DNA from: Nitrososphaerota archaeon
Lineage (GTDB): Archaea > Thermoproteota > Nitrososphaeria_A > Caldarchaeales > Calditenuaceae
Reading direction: 5' to 3'
Assembly (NCBI GenBank): GCA_033581555.1
Contig: JAVQSZ010000002.1
Location: 70,065 to 134,064, forward strand
DNA: 64,000 bases
The number at the start of each line of letters is the position of its first letter. Positions within the stretch are counted from its first letter, which is position 1. The position numbers and the translations under genes are program-made. A model generated the notes under the pieces. The model did not search any database. It was not told where the DNA came from and saw only the letters and a program-made list of their open reading frames with translations. This document shows, piece after piece, positions 10,102-19,474 of the stretch.

Positions 10102-10905
10102 TTAGGCTACGCTGCGCCTCGATCCGAGGAGGACCTCGAGCATCGCTACGTGCTTCTGCTCGTCGTGGTCGATCGAGACCAGCAGCGCCGCGAGCGCCGG
10201 ATTTCCCACCATCTCAGCGAGCTCGGTGAGGCCCTTCTCCTCGGCCTCCGACTCGTACTCCATCAGCTCCTCCAGTAGGGCCAGGTCTGACCTCAGGGAC
10301 CCGTGGTCGGTCCCGATGCCCCTCGAGACGAGCGTGAGTATCTCGGCGTGCCTGAGGCTGTCGACCGCGATCTGCCTGAGGACCTGTTGGACCGCGGCGT
10401 CCCTCACCCTGTTCATCACCTCGAGCACCCTCCTCGCGACGGCCTCCTCGAGCCTGATCCTCTCGGCGATGGAGCTGAGAGTCTCCTCGCTCAGGACCCC
10501 TGCGCCTCCGGCTGCGCGCTCGCCTGCGATGACCGAGTAGAGCCTGTTCGCGAGCTCGGAGACCTCCCTCGAGGCCTCTACCGCCACGCCCAGCCTGTGC
10601 CTCCTCGCCATAGACTCCGCAGCCTCGGATATCATCCTCCGGGCCGTCGCGTCTGACTCGATCGCCTCGAGCCATTGCGCGCCCCTCTTCTTGCTGAGGT
10701 AATGGGTGACCGTCGCGGGCCTGACGCCAAGTATTGAGGCGACCTGGACCTTCCGGAGCCCGTGCTTCTCGAGCAGCTCCCTACAGAGGGCCGCCCTCAC
10801 CGAAGGCAAGAGCTCCTCTGGCCGCTCGGGGAGCCTGACGCTCTGCACGACCCGAACCTCTGATCCCAAGATAAAACTGAATCCGGGAAGGGGTTGGGGG
10901 CTCAC
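10102..10905 (-). CDS. Putative transcriptional regulator (HTH) with C-terminal ferritin/rubrerythrin-like helical domain
   Basis: 267 aa. HTH-like segment KVQVASILGVRPATVTHYLSKK. The C-terminal half is helical with E/H-rich motifs (HAEILTL, DHDEQKHVAMLEVL). Sits 139 nt upstream of phnD on the same strand. Confidence 0.4.
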   Translation of the reverse strand: MSPQPLPGFSFILGSEVRVVQSVRLPERPEELLPSVRAALCRELLEKHGLRKVQVASILGVRPATVTHYLSKKRGAQWLEAIESDATARRMISEAAESMARRHRLGVAVEASREVSELANRLYSVIAGERAAGGAGVLSEETLSSIAERIRLEEAVARRVLEVMNRVRDAAVQQVLRQIAVDSLRHAEILTLVSRGIGTDHGSLRSDLALLEELMEYESEAEEKGLTELAEMVGNPALAALLVSIDHDEQKHVAMLEVLLGSRRSVA

Positions 10906-10970
10906 CGTCCACCTTCAGATAACATGTTGGGTAGAGACCTGGAAAGGACTTCCGACGGAAGGGGCTGGGG

Positions 10971-11192
10971 TCAGCCGTCGACGCCCAAGTTCTCCCTCAG
11001 GGCCCTGAGCCTAGAGAACTGGAGCCTTACCTCTTCCTCGAACGGGACGTCTCCCTCGCCGAAGCCGTGCTCGGACCTCAGCTCCCGCTTCAACACGACC
11101 ATCTCCTCCGCGACCCTCCAGAGCTCCTCCTCCGAGATGCCGGGCTCAAGGGCACGCCTCGCCAGCCTCCCGAACCTCTCGGCGTGGCTCAA
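10971..11192 (-). CDS. Small hypothetical protein (73 aa), start overlaps aspS stop
   Basis: ORF 10971..11192. ATGA-type 4 nt overlap with the aspS stop suggests translational coupling. Helical, charged; no recognisable motif. Confidence 0.35.
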   Translation of the reverse strand: MSHAERFGRLARRALEPGISEEELWRVAEEMVVLKRELRSEHGFGEGDVPFEEEVRLQFSRLRALRENLGVDG

Positions 11193-12538
11193 GGCATGAA
11201 CCTCTCAGGCGCCCTCGGGAAGAGCACGACCTCCCTGATGTTCGAGGCTCCGACTACCGCCATCGTCAGCCTCTCGATCCCGATGTTGAAGCCACCGTGG
11301 GGTGGTGCGCCGTACCTGAAGAACTCGGTGAACCACTTCACGCTCTCGGGGTTCATCCCCTTGAGCCTGACCTGCTCCACGATCTTCTCGTACCTATGCT
11401 CCCTCTGTCCCCCCGAGCTCATCTCAAGCCCCCTGTATACCAGATCGATGCTCCTCGCCCACGTCGGGTCCTCGTCGACCCTCATGACGTAGAAGGGCTT
11501 CACGGCGAACGGGAACCTGTTGATGAAGAAGGCCTCCGACTTGTACTTCTCCAAGACGTACTGGCTGAGGAGCCTCTCGGACTCCCTGTCAAGGTCGTCG
11601 CCGTACCTGATATCCTTGCCCATCGAGCTGAGGATCTCGTAGATCTCCGGGAACCTGAGCTCAGGGAGCGGCGTCCTCGGCACCTCCAGCTCCACGCCGA
11701 GAGCTTCGAGCTCCCTCGTCCTCTCCTCGAGGACCCTCTTCAGCCCCGCGATGAAGAGCTCCTCCTCGACCCTCATGACGTCAGTCTCGTCGGAGATGTA
11801 GGAGAGCTCAACGGCGCAGCCCCTGTGCTCGCAGAGGTGCCTCGGCGTGTGGCTGGGCTCGGCCCTCCAACTCGGACCGACCTCGTAGATCCTATCGAAG
11901 CCCGCGACCATCAGGAGCTGTCTGTGTAGCTGCGGGTCCTGCCTGAGGTAGGCCCTCTTCCCGAAGTAGTCGATCTCGAACATCTCCGCGCCGCTCTCTG
12001 AGGGAGCGCCGATGATGCAGGGCGTGAAGACTTGAACGAACCCGCGGGACTCGAGCCACTCGGTCATCCCCCTGACGAGGGACTGCTGGATCCTGAACAC
12101 GGCCAGGTTCCTGGGGTTCCTGAGGTCGATGGGCCTCCAGTCGAGCCTCGTGTCGAGCTGGGTCGCGGCGGCCCCCGTCACGTCTATCGGAAGCCTCTCC
12201 GCCCTCGAGAGGACCTCGACCTCCTTCGGGATCAGCTCGATTCCGACCTTCGCCTCCCTCCGCTCCGGAACCACGCCGACGACCGAGACGACGTCGTGGG
12301 TGTTCAGGGACTTCGCGACCCTAACGAGGTCCTCGGGCGCCTCCGCCTTCCTCAAGGTGAGCTGCGCGATCCCGCTCCTGTCCCTGACCCAGACGAAGAC
12401 CAGCCTCCCGACCTCCTTCACGTTCTCTACGAACCCCGCGATCCTCACCGTCGTCCCGGGCTCCTCGGGGATCTCGGCGATCTCGTGCGTCCTCTTCACG
12501 TCCCTCACCAGCCCTCGGGGAGTTAAAAGCCTGGTCAC
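11189..12538 (-). CDS. aspS: Aspartyl-tRNA synthetase, archaeal type
   Basis: 449 aa. N-terminal OB anticodon-binding domain; class II motifs (FEIDYFGKRAYLRQDPQLHRQ..., GAPPHGGFNIGIERL motif 3). Confidence 0.85.
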   Translation of the reverse strand: MTRLLTPRGLVRDVKRTHEIAEIPEEPGTTVRIAGFVENVKEVGRLVFVWVRDRSGIAQLTLRKAEAPEDLVRVAKSLNTHDVVSVVGVVPERREAKVGIELIPKEVEVLSRAERLPIDVTGAAATQLDTRLDWRPIDLRNPRNLAVFRIQQSLVRGMTEWLESRGFVQVFTPCIIGAPSESGAEMFEIDYFGKRAYLRQDPQLHRQLLMVAGFDRIYEVGPSWRAEPSHTPRHLCEHRGCAVELSYISDETDVMRVEEELFIAGLKRVLEERTRELEALGVELEVPRTPLPELRFPEIYEILSSMGKDIRYGDDLDRESERLLSQYVLEKYKSEAFFINRFPFAVKPFYVMRVDEDPTWARSIDLVYRGLEMSSGGQREHRYEKIVEQVRLKGMNPESVKWFTEFFRYGAPPHGGFNIGIERLTMAVVGASNIREVVLFPRAPERFMP

Positions 12539-12584
12539 GAGGTCCGACGACTTTTATTAGATCGAGGAAGGGCAGCTGCGCGGG

Positions 12585-13079
12585 ATGCCCATCAAGACGT
12601 TCAGGTTCGACGTTGAGGGAGGGAAGGCGACCGCCGGTCCGCCGATAGGCCCTTCGCTGACGCCTTTGGGGCTGAACGTCCTCGCGGTCGTCGAGAGGAT
12701 CAACGAGCTGACCTCGGAGTTCAGGGGGATGAGGGTCCCCGTGAAAGTCAGGGTCAACACCGACACGAAAGAGTTCGACGTCGAGGTCGGGATACCCACG
12801 GTCTCAGCGCTGATAGCGAAGGAGGCCCAGATCGAGAAGGGCTCGGGGGAGCCCGGGAGGAAGGCGGTCGCGAACCTCACGATGGAGCAGGTCGTGAAGA
12901 TCGCGAGGATGAAGATGCCCCACATGAGGGTCAACTCGCTCAGGGCCGCGGTCAAGACCGTCCTCGGGGTCTGCGTGAGCATGGGCGTGAACGTCGACGG
13001 CAAGAACCCCAAGGAGGTCCTCAGGGAACTCGAAGAGGGGGTACACGAGGGGCTCCTCGGAGAGGCGGCTACCGCCTGA
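12585..13079 (+). CDS. rpl11: 50S ribosomal protein L11 (uL11)
   Basis: 164 aa. GGKATAGPPIGPSLTPLGLNV is a diagnostic uL11 motif. Confidence 0.9.
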   Translation: MPIKTFRFDVEGGKATAGPPIGPSLTPLGLNVLAVVERINELTSEFRGMRVPVKVRVNTDTKEFDVEVGIPTVSALIAKEAQIEKGSGEPGRKAVANLTMEQVVKIARMKMPHMRVNSLRAAVKTVLGVCVSMGVNVDGKNPKEVLRELEEGVHEGLLGEAATA

Positions 13080-13728
13080 CCGAGAGCCTCACCGGCTCGC
13101 CCATCGAGAGCTTCAGGTAGACCGACTGAACGTTCGCCCACCTCTTCGGGAGCCTCTCGACGACCCTGTTCAGGACCGCCTGCGCGTTCTCGAGGAGGTG
13201 ATCTATCGGCATCTCCTCGGTCCCGATCACGCAGTTCGCCTGCGGGTTCTTCCTCACCCTGACCGTCACGCTCCGCTTGTACCTCGCGGCCATCGCGTCG
13301 ATGTCGGTCCCCGCTGGAACGGGCACCGGCGCCTTCCCCACATAGCCCAGTGCTGACCCCAGGGCCCTCGCGGCGAGGGAGATGAGGGAAGTGTCGACGA
13401 GGAAGTAGTCGTACTCCCTCGCGAGCTTCTTCGCGGCCTTCTTGTTCCCCACGAGCAGCTCGACCTCCTCCCTCTCGAGGACCTTGTCGATGTTCGCGGA
13501 CTTCCTCGCCTCAACAGCGAGCGCGCCGCCCGCGATCACCGCGACCCTCCTCGGCCTCGACCCCAGGCCCCTCGGCAGCTCGACCGTCTCAGTGAACCTG
13601 TTCTCCGGTTTCTTCAGGTCTATGTCCCTGAGGTTCACCTGTAGCTCCACCGACTGGACGAACTTCCTCTTCCCCCGGTCGCCCATCGCCCTTCTGAGGC
13701 CCTCCGAGATCTCCTGCGCTGCCAGCAT
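13069..13728 (-). CDS. rpl1: 50S ribosomal protein L1 (uL1)
   Basis: 219 aa. Typical uL1 N-terminus (KRKFVQSVELQVNLRDIDLKKPENRF) and overall pattern. Its 3' end overlaps the rpl11 3' end by 11 nt in convergent orientation. Confidence 0.9.
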   Translation of the reverse strand: MLAAQEISEGLRRAMGDRGKRKFVQSVELQVNLRDIDLKKPENRFTETVELPRGLGSRPRRVAVIAGGALAVEARKSANIDKVLEREEVELLVGNKKAAKKLAREYDYFLVDTSLISLAARALGSALGYVGKAPVPVPAGTDIDAMAARYKRSVTVRVRKNPQANCVIGTEEMPIDHLLENAQAVLNRVVERLPKRWANVQSVYLKLSMGEPVRLSVRR

Positions 13729-13836
13729 GCTCCTACCACGTGCGCAGACCTAAGGGAAATACGTACCGCGATCGGGCGCCAGGGCTCTGCCGATCTCCCG
13801 AAAATGTTAAGAGCTGAGCAGGATGGCAGGTCGGTG

Positions 13837-13910
<74 letters not shown>

Positions 13911-13997
13911 GAGGGCAGACATCTTCAAGGTCTCGGCCTCGCGCCCCTAACCGTTGAGGTCTCGACAGACCTCTCGATGGGCTAGGCCCTCAGCAAC

Positions 13998-14945
13998 TCA
14001 CGAGCCGGCCAGCCTCACCAGCCCCTCCCAACGGGCCTCAACCTCCCTCTTCAGCTCCTCGAGGAGATGGGCGTTCTCGGGTCTGAGGAGGTAGCTGAAC
14101 CTCTCTTGGAGACGGAGGAACTCCTCGAGCGGCCGTGGCCTCGAGACGAAGTAATTGATCCTGTACTTCCCTTCTTCGACCTCGTAGAGCGGGAAGTACC
14201 GAGTCTCGACCGCGAGCTTCGCGATCCGCATCGTCAGGGACGGATCGAACCTCCAGCCCCTGTTGCAGGGCGCCAGGACGTGGAGGAAAGTCGGCCCATC
14301 GAAGGTCAGGGCCTTCCTCACCTTGTTGGCGAGGTCCTTCCAGAAGTAGGGCGATGCGGTGGCGGCGTAGGGGACGCCATGGGAGACCGCGAACGCGATC
14401 AGGTCCTTCTTCGGGCCCGCCTTCCCGAACGGCGTAGTCGAGGTCCACGCGCCGTGGGGCGTGAGGGAGGAGCGCTGGATCCCGGTGTTCATGTAGGCCT
14501 CGTTGTCATAGCAGACGTAGAGGAACGAGTGTCTCCTCTCGAGGGCGCCCGAGAGCGCTTGGAGGCCTATGTCCGCGGTACCCCCGTCGCCTGCGATCAC
14601 GACGACCCTATGGTCCCGCGCCAGCCCCTTCTCCTTCAGGACCCTCAGGGCCGCCTCGATCCCAGAGGCGACCGCTGCCGCGTTCTCGAAGGCCACGTGG
14701 ACGTACGGGACCCTCCACGCCGTGTTCGGGTACTGGGTCGTCACGACCTCGACGCACCCGGTGGCGTTCACGACGATGTAGGGCTGCGGCACAGCGAGCA
14801 GGACCTGCCTGACCGCGATCATCGCGCCGCAGCCCGCGCAGGCCGAGTGGCCCGGGCTCAGGGGCTCGAACCCGACCAGCTCGTCGAGCCTTGACACCAT
14901 GCCGGCCACCTCACCTGAGGAGGATCCGCCTCGACCTGGCTTCAC
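13998..14945 (-). CDS. porB: Pyruvate/2-oxoacid:ferredoxin oxidoreductase, beta (TPP-binding) subunit
   Basis: 315 aa. TPP motif VVIAGDGGTADIG, cysteine cluster CAGCGA ... ATGC; last gene of the G-D-A-B operon. Confidence 0.8.
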   Translation of the reverse strand: MKPGRGGSSSGEVAGMVSRLDELVGFEPLSPGHSACAGCGAMIAVRQVLLAVPQPYIVVNATGCVEVVTTQYPNTAWRVPYVHVAFENAAAVASGIEAALRVLKEKGLARDHRVVVIAGDGGTADIGLQALSGALERRHSFLYVCYDNEAYMNTGIQRSSLTPHGAWTSTTPFGKAGPKKDLIAFAVSHGVPYAATASPYFWKDLANKVRKALTFDGPTFLHVLAPCNRGWRFDPSLTMRIAKLAVETRYFPLYEVEEGKYRINYFVSRPRPLEEFLRLQERFSYLLRPENAHLLEELKREVEARWEGLVRLAGS

Positions 14946-16071
14946 GCTCCCTCACTCCCCTCTCCGCCTCCCCGAGGAGCCTGCCGATCTTCCTCAGCGT
15001 GACAGGCTTCCCGCCAAGCCCGTAAACGACGCTCCACACCGGTACACGGAACCCTGCGTCGTAAAGCGCGGACTTGACCTCTGAGACCAGCGGAGGCGAC
15101 ACGGCCCCCGGCGAGAGGGACCTGTCCATCACGACCACGAGCTCCGCGTCGTTCAGCAGCTCGATCAACCTCCGCCTCGGGAAGGGCCTGAATAGCCTGA
15201 CCGAGAGGACATCGAAGATGTCCTGCAGCCTCTGCGTCTTCACGAAGTGCCTGAGCGACCCCGCGACGTCGCCCATGCAAATCAGCTTCACTCGCCCCCC
15301 GGTCCACTCGGCGTGGATCGCGCCCCTCTTCGACTCGGAGTTCGGGTAAAGCTCCTCAACCTCCGTGAAGACTCGGCCCGCGGCCCTGAGGGCCTTCTCC
15401 TGCTCGACCTTCGACTCGAAGTAGGCGTCCGGGAGCGCGAAGCCACCGATCGTCATCGGCTCGTCGTAGCTGAGCCTATGCCTCTCCCTCCTCGGGAGGA
15501 ACCTCCTGACCTCCTCATCTGGGAGCACGGCGACTGGTTCGCACGAGTGCGAGGTGGTAAAGCCGTTGAAGTTAACCGCTACCGGGAGCAGCACCCTCGG
15601 GTCCTCGGCGAGCCTGAAGGCCTTGACGACGTTGTCGTAGACGTCCTGCGGGTCCTCGCAGAAGACCTGGACCCATCCCGAGTCCCTCGAACCCATGATG
15701 TCAGAGTGGTCGCAGTGGATGTTGATCGGAGCGGAGAGCGCCCTGTTCGCCACCGCCATTACGATCGGGAGCCTCAGCCCGGAGGCGACGTACATCACCT
15801 CGTGCATGTACGCGAGCCCCTGGCTGCTGGTGGCGGTGAAGACCCTGGCCCCCGCCGCGGAGGCGCCTATGCACGCGCTGAGCGCGGAGTGCTCCGACTC
15901 GATGAGGACCATCGCGGCCTTGACGTCCCCCCTCCCGACGTACTCGGCCAACTTCTCGACGATCGTCGTCTGGGGCGTGATCGGGTATGCGGTGATCAGG
16001 TCGACGTCGGACTGCTTGACCGCGTACGCCGCGGCCTCGTTCCCGGTCATGAGGAGCGAGTTGAGCAACAT
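14911..16071 (-). CDS. porA: Pyruvate/2-oxoacid:ferredoxin oxidoreductase, alpha subunit
   Basis: ORF track gives 14911..16221. The first 50 aa are R/D-rich low complexity overlapping porD. The conserved N-terminus MLLNSLLMTGNEAAAYAVK starts at 16071, with a 1 nt overlap on the porD stop. Confidence 0.8.
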   Translation of the reverse strand: MLLNSLLMTGNEAAAYAVKQSDVDLITAYPITPQTTIVEKLAEYVGRGDVKAAMVLIESEHSALSACIGASAAGARVFTATSSQGLAYMHEVMYVASGLRLPIVMAVANRALSAPINIHCDHSDIMGSRDSGWVQVFCEDPQDVYDNVVKAFRLAEDPRVLLPVAVNFNGFTTSHSCEPVAVLPDEEVRRFLPRRERHRLSYDEPMTIGGFALPDAYFESKVEQEKALRAAGRVFTEVEELYPNSESKRGAIHAEWTGGRVKLICMGDVAGSLRHFVKTQRLQDIFDVLSVRLFRPFPRRRLIELLNDAELVVVMDRSLSPGAVSPPLVSEVKSALYDAGFRVPVWSVVYGLGGKPVTLRKIGRLLGEAERGVREREARSRRILLR

Positions 16072-16337
16072 CACGACTCCCTCACCATCCTTATCGCTCT
16101 CCTGGGACACTCGACCGCACAGATCCCGCAGCCCTTGCAGTGGTCGTAGTCTATCGCGACCTTCCCGTCCTCGGTCACGATTATCGCGGGCTCTGGACAA
16201 TAGATCCAGCAGATCAGGCACCCGACGCAGTTCGCGAGGTCCACAACGGGCCTAGAGCTCCTCCAGCCCGCGGTGACGTTCCGTGCTGAAGACCCCGGTT
16301 CGAAGATCAGCGCAGCTGTCCTGGGGCGGTGGGCCAA
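16071..16337 (-). CDS. porD: 2-oxoacid:ferredoxin oxidoreductase delta subunit (2x[4Fe-4S] ferredoxin)
   Basis: 88 aa with two CxxCxxCxxxCP motifs (CVGCLICWIYCP, CKGCGICAVECP). Confidence 0.8.
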   Translation of the reverse strand: MAHRPRTAALIFEPGSSARNVTAGWRSSRPVVDLANCVGCLICWIYCPEPAIIVTEDGKVAIDYDHCKGCGICAVECPRRAIRMVRES

Positions 16338-16338
16338 C

Positions 16339-16860
16339 TCAAGTCACCTCGTTGTAAGCCGCCCTGGCGACCGCAGCGTCCTGCGGGCTCAAGTGCTCCG
16401 AGACGGCCTGTTCGAGCGCCCCGATCTCCGGCACCCCAATCGCCCTTGACATCGCCCCGAGCAGAGCGATCCCTACCGACCTCGGCCTCCCTAGCCTCTC
16501 CGCGATCCATGACGCGTTGACCACCGTGACCCTGTAAGGCGCGCCCGACGGCTCCGGCCCCCTCGTCGCGGAGTTGACAACTACGTGCGACTCCCTCTTT
16601 ACCAGCCTCTCGAGCGGGACAAAACCCAGCAGCCTCTCCTCGAGGACGACAGCGACGTCCGCGCGTTCTACCGGCGTCCTGAGCTCGATCGGCCTCCGGG
16701 AGAACCTCAGGTAGGCCCTGACCGGTGCGCCGGCCCTCTCCGGTCCGAACTCGGGAAACGTTTGGACGTGAAAGCCCGTGCGGAAGAGGGCGGTCGCGCA
16801 GATCCGCGCCGACGTGACCACCCCTTGGCCTCCCCTCCCGAGGAAGACCACCTCGGCCAA
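16339..16860 (-). CDS. porG: 2-oxoacid:ferredoxin oxidoreductase gamma subunit
   Basis: 173 aa. MAEVVFLGRGGQGVVTSARI is a typical gamma-subunit N-terminus; first gene of the operon. Confidence 0.75.
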   Translation of the reverse strand: MAEVVFLGRGGQGVVTSARICATALFRTGFHVQTFPEFGPERAGAPVRAYLRFSRRPIELRTPVERADVAVVLEERLLGFVPLERLVKRESHVVVNSATRGPEPSGAPYRVTVVNASWIAERLGRPRSVGIALLGAMSRAIGVPEIGALEQAVSEHLSPQDAAVARAAYNEVT

Positions 16861-17143
16861 GGAGACTTCACCCCCATAATGACAGGGTAACGACGTAAAA
16901 AATATTGGACGAACGAGGGAAATTCATCATAGCCTGCGAACGTCTAAAGGGGGAAGGGCGCGGAAACACGACGGACGGTAGGGATCATGGGTTCCGCTCT
17001 GAACGCGTTCGGGACCGGTGATTCACGACGTCTCCCGCTGGGATCGATAGCGACTCTTGACGAAGACGATGGGATCGCTCTCGGCCGATCGTCGACATTT
17101 GGAGTCGTGGGACTCGCCCGCCGGTCGATGCGCTTCAGACGGC

Positions 17144-18385
17144 TCAGAAGTCCTTCCACTTGGTAGCCACGACCGCGAGGGAGAGGCCGAGCGCGGCCAG
17201 CCCGGCGACCACGAGCGCAGGGAGGAGGGCTCCGGCCGGAGACCCGACGATGAGCGCCTCCCTAAGGGCCACATGGAAATAATAGAGGGGCGTGAACCTC
17301 GCGACCGCCTGAAGGAACTCGGGCATCAGCTCGAGGGGCCAGAGGGCTCCAGAGAGGAACATCATCGGGAACGCGACGGAATTCGCGAGAGCGGTCACCG
17401 CCCCCGCCTCCCTGAGAGAGCCGCCTATCGCGACGCCGAAGCCCGTGAAGGCCAGCGTCCCGAGCAGAATGACCAGGAGGCTCAGGGCGTCTGGGAACGC
17501 GGAGATCCTGAAGACCGCCCAGCCGACCGCTAGCATCACCCCCAGCAGGATCAGCGAGACGATGGTCTGGACGACGACGATCGACGCGATCCACGTCGAC
17601 TTCGGGAGCGGCGTCGAGGCGAGGAGCTTGACTAGGCCGCGCCTGTACGCGTCGAAGACCAGGAGGGAGACCCCGATCAACCCGTTCGTCATGACGAAGG
17701 CCGCGACGTATCCGGGGAGGTAGTAGTCGACGAGGCGGAGCTGCTTGGTTTGCGTTAAGACTGAGCTCACCTCCATCGCCGAGGAGGCGTTGAGGAGCGC
17801 GAGCTCGAACTTCGACGCTATCACGTTGATGATGCCCTCGATCGGCTGGAGGAGCCTGTCGTCGGGGCTGCCCTCCAGGGTCAGCTTAGGCCTCTCGCCC
17901 CCAATGGTCTGCCTGAAGGACCTTATCGCCCTCACCGACGACTCGATCTCTGCTCTGGTTTGCGGGGGGATCGACTCCCCGGCCATCGCGACCATCCTCA
18001 GTATCGTGTCGGCCGTGATCTCGAGCCTGTTGGCGACGGTGACGTTAAGGAGGTTCTCGGTGAAGCCCTTCGGGATCGTGAGGATCCGGACCGCCGCGAA
18101 TCCGGTGCCGCGCGGCGCGGGGTCGTCGGGCCTGAGGAGGTGGACCTCGAAGACGCTCTCGTTGAGGGCCCTGATGAAGGCCTCCGAGAGGGCTCCAGGC
18201 TTCCCGCTCTGGTCGACGTCGAGGTTCCTGACGTAAAGCGTGTAGTTCGGCGGCGAAGGCCCTCCGAAGACGCTCCCGAAGATGAGCAGGAGCATCACGG
18301 GGAAGAGGAACCCGAAGAAGATGCTCTGCTTGCTCCTCATCCAGGCCTTGAAGAGTAGCTTGATCAGGGTCGGTGCCGCCCTCAC
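17144..18385 (-). CDS. ABC-2 type transporter permease
   Basis: 413 aa. N-terminal TM, large extracytoplasmic loop, then a C-terminal 5-TM ABC-2 core; 4 nt overlap with the upstream ATPase. Confidence 0.7.
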   Translation of the reverse strand: MRAAPTLIKLLFKAWMRSKQSIFFGFLFPVMLLLIFGSVFGGPSPPNYTLYVRNLDVDQSGKPGALSEAFIRALNESVFEVHLLRPDDPAPRGTGFAAVRILTIPKGFTENLLNVTVANRLEITADTILRMVAMAGESIPPQTRAEIESSVRAIRSFRQTIGGERPKLTLEGSPDDRLLQPIEGIINVIASKFELALLNASSAMEVSSVLTQTKQLRLVDYYLPGYVAAFVMTNGLIGVSLLVFDAYRRGLVKLLASTPLPKSTWIASIVVVQTIVSLILLGVMLAVGWAVFRISAFPDALSLLVILLGTLAFTGFGVAIGGSLREAGAVTALANSVAFPMMFLSGALWPLELMPEFLQAVARFTPLYYFHVALREALIVGSPAGALLPALVVAGLAALGLSLAVVATKWKDF

Positions 18386-19314
18386 GCCAGCTCGCCCCTC
18401 TCGGTGAGCCTTGACCCGATGACCCTCAGGAAGACGTCCTCGAGCCCGGCCCTCCTGATCTCGGGGTAGGCCTCGACCGAGAGCTCCCTGAGGGTCGAGA
18501 TCACCTCCGCGACCTCCGACTGCGTGCGGACCTTTACGACGGCTCGGCCATCTGGGGCGACCTCGACCTCGTACCCTCTCTCCCGGAGAGACCTGACAGC
18601 CCTCTCCTCCAACCCCTCGAAGAAGAGCCTCGTCTTCCCCCCGTGCTCCTCGATCAGCCTCCTCACCTCGCCGATCGCAGCGATCCTCCCCTTGACGATG
18701 ATCGCGACCCTGTCGCTCAGCCTCTCGGCCTCCTCCATGTAGTGGGTGGTGAGGACCACCGTCACGCCCTCCCTCTTCAGCTGCTTGATGTAGAGCCAGG
18801 TCTCCCGCCTCGCCTCCGGGTCAAGTCCGGTCGTGGGCTCGTCGAGGAAGACGATCTCCGGGTCCCCCACGAGGGCCATCGCTATCCCGACCCTCCTCTT
18901 CAGCCCTCCCGAGAGCTTGGAGAACAGCCTGCCCCTGAGCTCCCAGAGGCCCAGCTTCTCGAGGACCTCCCTGACGTTCTCCGCGCCCTTCGACGCTGCC
19001 GCCAGCTCGACGTTCTCGTACACGGTGAGGTCGTCCTCGGCGTTGAACTCCTGGGGCAGGACGCCGATCAGCTTCTTGATCTCCCGTACGCCGGCGGGGT
19101 CTCGGATGCTGAAGCCCTTCAGGTACGCGTTCCCTGAGGTCGGCGTTCGCAAACATTCGAGCATCTCGACGGTCGTCGTCTTCCCGGCGCCGTTGGGACC
19201 GAGAAGCGCGAAGACTTCGCCCTCGTTAACCGTGAAAGAGATCCTGTCCACCGCGAGGACATCACCGTACCTCTTGGTGAGATCCTCTACGACGATGGCG
19301 GGAGAGACTCTCAC
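18382..19314 (-). CDS. ABC transporter ATP-binding protein (DrrA/ABC-2 associated type)
   Basis: 310 aa. Walker A GPNGAGKTTT, signature LSGGLKRRVGIAMAL, Walker B VFLDEPTTGLD. Confidence 0.8.
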   Translation of the reverse strand: MRVSPAIVVEDLTKRYGDVLAVDRISFTVNEGEVFALLGPNGAGKTTTVEMLECLRTPTSGNAYLKGFSIRDPAGVREIKKLIGVLPQEFNAEDDLTVYENVELAAASKGAENVREVLEKLGLWELRGRLFSKLSGGLKRRVGIAMALVGDPEIVFLDEPTTGLDPEARRETWLYIKQLKREGVTVVLTTHYMEEAERLSDRVAIIVKGRIAAIGEVRRLIEEHGGKTRLFFEGLEERAVRSLRERGYEVEVAPDGRAVVKVRTQSEVAEVISTLRELSVEAYPEIRRAGLEDVFLRVIGSRLTERGELA

Positions 19315-19474
19315 GCTGCCACTTCCGGCTGCCGCTATAAAAGATCAAAGAGGTCGAAGACCAGCTCAGGCACTTTAGCGCCGCGAGGATTGCGACCTGA
19401 CCGTCGTGCGGAGGCGAACGAGTAGCTCAAACTCAGTCCTAAACAATTATATCGGCTCAGCATAACAAATCCTC

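Noticed and set aside
15247-16149. 300-aa + strand ORF antisense to porA
   Set aside because: Low-complexity R/P/G-rich translation; porA on the - strand is strongly supported.
16861-17143. C/D-box sRNA or other ncRNA in the por/ABC intergenic region and other spacers
   Set aside because: I looked for RUGAUGA ... CUGA box pairs in the larger intergenic regions (16861-17143, 19315-19474, 36360-36469, 41844-41982, 45805-45919). No convincing box combination with correct spacing was seen; a covariance-model search would be needed.
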